Source: Perkinsus chesapeaki ATCC PRA-425 (taxonomy: Eukaryota > Protista > Perkinsozoa). Taken from it: a DNA stretch of 64,000 nucleotides. The notes beneath the pieces were generated by a model, which was not told where the DNA came from, did no database searches, and worked only from the letters and a program-made list of their open reading frames with translations. The stretch spans positions 3,440 through 67,439 of the forward strand of contig JAAPAO010000128.1 in the NCBI GenBank assembly GCA_013115145.1, written 5' to 3'. Position numbers and translations under genes: made by a program. Shown here in pieces: positions 59,785 to 64,000 of this stretch (positions within the stretch are counted from its first letter, which is position 1; every line of letters begins with the position of its first letter).

Positions 59785-60087
59785 CTACAGTCTCTGCCCG
59801 TTCATACTCCGAGCAATACGAAGGTGCGAAAGAAGGCTTCTCTTCGCATATGCTTCGCCTTTCCCTCGCGCAATAAACGAGTGAATTACAGAACCTTCAA
59901 TCTTAACGGCATCAGTTTTCAGAAACACCGAGTCAGGTAGACACGGGACTCGTGACAGAACTCCTGTCACCGGAGATGCTTGACTGACCGCGCGCTCTGT
60001 CCCACTCTGAGATGTATCGTTGCCATTATTTGTGTGGCATAACCCTACGGAAGACTCCTCCTCTGGGGGTTGGATCGGGTTCGGCAT
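59785..60087 (-). CDS. Small hypothetical ORF divergent from copy C
   Basis: ATG-initiated 100-aa ORF, no recognised domain. Confidence 0.25.
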   Translation of the reverse strand: MPNPIQPPEEESSVGLCHTNNGNDTSQSGTERAVSQASPVTGVLSRVPCLPDSVFLKTDAVKIEGSVIHSFIARGKGEAYAKRSLLSHLRIARSMNGQRL

Positions 60088-60292
60088 CTTTAAGGCTCTA
60101 GCAGTATGGTCACTAGATTATTTGATACCTGCTTGCGTTTGAAGCCGGCAGGCTACAAACATTCCGCGGAGCCCCAGCAGTGGCATCATGAGAAGTGCGA
60201 CGTCACCCCGGCTGCCGGAGCCCGGCATCTCGCTTCGATCTGAGCCGAGATCCGTTTTATCGTTCTCAGTTTGAAGTGCGAGCTTTCCTCTC

Positions 60293-61714
60293 ATGGACTT
60301 CATCACGTCGAGCGAGAGACCTGTGTTCGGATCTCATATTCGAGGTACAACTCTGGATAACATCACCTCAAGATGTTATTTATTCTACAATTCGGAGGCA
60401 TCCGAGAAAACTTACGAGCTGTCGAGACAAGTCGAGAAGTTAGATCTATTTTTAAGTCACTCATGGTCTGGTAGCCCTTTCTGGAAGCATATGACACTCG
60501 TTACCGTTCTATATGTCAAGTTTGGTTATATTGCAATGCTCCTCACTGTTATACCATTATCAGTAGGTATTTACTTCTTACCCGCTTACAAGAGAGAAGC
60601 TGTTGTAGCCACGGAAGTACTTGGTGTGTTTGCTATGTTTCTCGGTATGTGGTTTGGTTATCTAGTCCCAAGCCGAACCAACAAGAAAATGGTGTTCCTT
60701 GATAAATGCTGTATACCTCAAGTTGACGAGGAGGCGAAGAGGGAAGGGTTGAAGAACATGGAAGCCTACCTTAGTCGATCTGATACGCTGCTAATCCTCT
60801 GGACGCCCGAGTACTTCTCGAGGCTTTGGTGTGTCTTTGAGTTGGCTAGCTATCTTCGTAGTCATGGCCCCGACTCGATTCTTTGCTTGTCGGCTTGGTT
60901 CATGCGGTCTTATCATATGGTTGTTTGGTGGGAGGTCGCATGTGTTATCAGTTTGGAAACCGCAAATGCCGCGATTCCGAGGGACCCACAAATAAAACTG
61001 TGGATCGCGTTAGTTTGTTGGTCCGTGACCGAGGTCGCGTTATGCATCGCTATATGTTTAATTGTGATCCTCTTCTGTATTCCTGCCAAAATGGAGCTGA
61101 AGAAGCAGGTTCAACAGTTTTCAATGCGGACAGCATACTGCACGCTCGCTGAAGATACTACTATGCTGAGCTCTCGAATTTCCGAGTGGTATGGCTCGAA
61201 TGAAAGCTTTGATGAGTGTGTACGAAGTAGCTGGTCACGGGTAAACTCAGTAATGAAGATTCCAGAGCCTGCCTTATCGAGACCGGGAATTGCCTTCGTT
61301 ACCTTCCCTTATGTAATGGCCTTGTGGCCTCGTTTGCTTACTGCTTTGGCCTGGAATTATAGAAGCGAGGAAAATGGGTATTCATGGACTGTAATTATTC
61401 GGAGTACATTCATCATGTTTGTTCTACTAGCATGCCGCACACCTCTCTTCGTTGTGATGTCCTACCGCATAGGTAGCGCCGTATGGCTGAAGGGCAGTCT
61501 CGCTAAATGCATCAGTATCGCTATTATGGTGTTTTTTGCTCTTCTTTACGGTGGCGCTATGTTCGTTTCAGCGCAGGGAGTCTTAATCCTTTACGGACCC
61601 CAGACGCCAATTCTATTCGCGCAAAGTCCCTGGGCGTGGCTATTCATCGCATTACCAATATTGGCCGTTGCATTGGTGTGCTGGACCCACTTTCCCCGCG
61701 GCTTGCACCATTGA
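60293..61714 (+). CDS. Multipass membrane protein with split TIR-like domain (copy C, close paralog of A)
   Basis: Intronless 473 aa; nearly identical to A except the N-terminus and one internal segment. Confidence 0.8.
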   Translation: MDFITSSERPVFGSHIRGTTLDNITSRCYLFYNSEASEKTYELSRQVEKLDLFLSHSWSGSPFWKHMTLVTVLYVKFGYIAMLLTVIPLSVGIYFLPAYKREAVVATEVLGVFAMFLGMWFGYLVPSRTNKKMVFLDKCCIPQVDEEAKREGLKNMEAYLSRSDTLLILWTPEYFSRLWCVFELASYLRSHGPDSILCLSAWFMRSYHMVVWWEVACVISLETANAAIPRDPQIKLWIALVCWSVTEVALCIAICLIVILFCIPAKMELKKQVQQFSMRTAYCTLAEDTTMLSSRISEWYGSNESFDECVRSSWSRVNSVMKIPEPALSRPGIAFVTFPYVMALWPRLLTALAWNYRSEENGYSWTVIIRSTFIMFVLLACRTPLFVVMSYRIGSAVWLKGSLAKCISIAIMVFFALLYGGAMFVSAQGVLILYGPQTPILFAQSPWAWLFIALPILAVALVCWTHFPRGLHH

Positions 61715-62460
61715 TCTGTCTTCGCGGAACAATTTCATCGTTACTTGTCGCCGATAGTTTAAAGATTATTGTCTTTTGTAAGATACTGTATTGGGTTCAC
61801 CTTTCTCCGTTTCTGGCATTGGGAAATCGATATTAGTTACTTGGAATATGATTTCGTCCTTGGCAAGATGCTTGTCTTCGGAATCAGGGCGTTGCTGTTT
61901 TTGTGGCCTTCCGCATAAGTCAGAGTGCGACCAGCATGATCTCGAAGGAGTGAGAGAAGATCTTCCCTGAGAAGAGGAGTGGTGTTAACCCTTCGAAGTT
62001 CGAACCACAAGATAAGAATGCTGGGAGCTTTAGTCCAAGAACTGGGCTCGAGTTTCGCTGGAGATGCGGCGTCCCTGACGGCAGCCGTAGAGGTCGCTCG
62101 TACACCCAAGGCTTGAGTCTCAAGCCCACTTACAAAGCTGCTAGAGCTGCCACTAGATGCCTCATTGATAATTAAAGCTTCAATTTAGATAGCTAGGAAG
62201 AAGTCTGTTACTAGTGGAAGCTCCCTAAGTATGTTAGCACCACACGTTGTGATGTTCACATTGGCGAACCGCTGCCTCACGGCTCCCGCGTCGGCGTTCC
62301 CCGCCGGTTGTTGAGGATCTTCTTCCGTCGCTGCGAAGTTGACGCTGCTGGTCTCAGAGCCACTTGGCTTCGGGTATTAACCTTGCTAGCTGAACCTGTT
62401 TTCGTAACAGGTTTTCGCTGCTCTATTCTTCAGTCCTCTTGGCAGTATATTCCTTTTTAT

Positions 62461-63267
62461 ATGGCTGATCCTAATATCGGCGTTGAAGGACCCTCAGAGT
62501 TACGAATGCGGAGCTCGAGCGACGTGTCGGACCTCGCCCAGCTGCTACGAGGAATACCTGCTAGTGTTATCGCAGCTAACTGGTGTCTTTTCCGTGATCC
62601 TGGAGCTGATCGCTCTACATATGATCTGTCCCGACCTGTTAATATCTTGGACGTTTTTATTAGCCACTCATGGTCAGGCAGTCCATTGTGGAAGCAGATA
62701 TCATTTCTAACTACCCTTTACCTCCGGGAGGGCTATATTGCTATGTTTATCGTTGTTATTCCTTTATCTATTGGAGTCTATGTATTACCATCTCACCAGG
62801 AGCTCGCGTCTGTCTTGGTTGAACTTGTTGGTGTCATTGCTATGTGTCTTGGTGTGGTGTATGGGTATCGGTTGGTCAAGAAGAAGTCGGAAGATATGGT
62901 TTTCCTGAATAAATGTTGTATACCACAAGATGATCCTGCCGCCAAGGAGCGGGGTATATGCAGTATACATGTCCTTATTGCGTGTGTCATGCTTGCTTGT
63001 CGAACACCGTTATTCGCTTTTGTTGCATGCAAGCTAACAACCTCAGCCGGGCGACATGGAGTACCAAACTGGATCGTCATTGTCGTGGTGCTTGTATTTG
63101 GGGTTTTGTATGATGCTACTGAGATTGTTGGAGGAGGGGTAGCCCTGTTCGACTCGAGTCTCGCAACTCGGTTTAAGCTCCCTGAACCCTATGGCTGGGT
63201 GTTCGTCATTCCTGCTTGTGGTTGCCTACTTGCTATTTGGCGGACTTATTGTGGTCTTACATTTTGA
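62461..63267 (+). pseudogene. Copy D: near-identical duplicate of B with a 630-nt in-frame internal deletion and truncated C-terminus (pseudogene or truncated variant)
   Basis: B ..GCAGTATA|AGC..AGAG|ATGTCC.. becomes GCAGTATA-C-ATGTCC at 62961-62974. FLDKCC becomes FLNKCC. A 4-nt deletion near 63265 creates an early TGA. Confidence 0.8.
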
Positions 63268-64000
63268 GGCGCAGATCGACACCTCAAAAGATCGTCAGTA
63301 CAGAAAACTCACTTTAATTTCCTTTTCAGAACTTGTTCTTTCTAATCATGTACAGTAAGCTGTCGGATTATTCGACTGGCTTGACTTTGCTACCCATGCA
63401 GATTGACCGACATCTGTTAAGTATTTTCGTTGCATTCGTGCCTAGTTTATGAAGCCGGTGAGGCTCATGTTGGAGTGCGAGAGGTTTGTTGATTGCTGTC
63501 CGTTGCATAAGCGTCAAAGGGTGAGTGACGCAGCCGATCAAGTCGGGCAATCTGTTGCATTTTCCTGCTGTACTTTACATTTCACGCCTTCGGTTATGCC
63601 GTTTCGATACCTACTAACCGTCATAATACTACAGCAAGGCTGTAATTCGATTCCTTCGGAGATTATCTTAGTTCTCATAGTGTAAATTCGAGATCGGTCC
63701 GCCGAGGTGGAGGATCCCTCGATAACTAACCATCAACGAAAGATCAGATAGTACCGAATCCACGACGAACTTAAACAAGTGGATGGATCGACACCTTTTG
63801 CGAGAATGTGAGCTGAGCCTCAGCTGCTGAGGATTAGAGACTCTAAATTAAATACTCGGGTACTGCGAAGTGTGCACCCTTTCTACTCAAAACAGCATCG
63901 GTTCTCAGACCGCAACTCATAATATAGTACACCTTTTCAACGCCTATTTCGACAATAGTAACTTCTATTTCGACAGGCGAGCGAGATTTATGTTAAGATT

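Larger units (their letters stand above)
51690..63915 (+). repeat. Tandem segmental duplication of the A-B gene pair (A-B at ~51.7-57.8 kb; C-D at ~60.4-63.9 kb)
   Basis: 51690-53320 aligns to 60430-62050 and ~55725-57830 to ~62410-63915, by eye. Confidence 0.9.

Overview
Eukaryotic, gene-dense, intron-rich genomic DNA with short GT-AG introns and one 100-N scaffold gap at 38571-38670. Gene families and style most resemble the alveolate parasite Perkinsus; this is an inference, not verified. Left half holds mostly ordinary genes: S28 serine carboxypeptidase, a CEP120-like coiled-coil gene, an Sfi1-like gene plus an internally deleted duplicate, CRAL-TRIO/GOLD, a small Cys-rich protein, a flavin monooxygenase, a WW protein, VHS/GAT and ALG7/DPAGT1. 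The centre holds a ~9.4 kb NRPS-like gene (adenylation - carrier - thioester reductase - collapsed SDR remnant) with signature motifs of the fungal glycine-betaine reductase ATRR family. The right end is a tandemly duplicated pair of intronless multipass membrane proteins with a TIR-like domain split by a transmembrane hairpin: three intact copies and one with an in-frame deletion of the putative catalytic segment. Non-coding DNA is enriched in perfect palindromes with a 1-nt spacer (arms up to 34 bp), and paralog comparison suggests some arose as recent insertions. Exon boundaries were spliced by eye and gene ends are approximate where stated.
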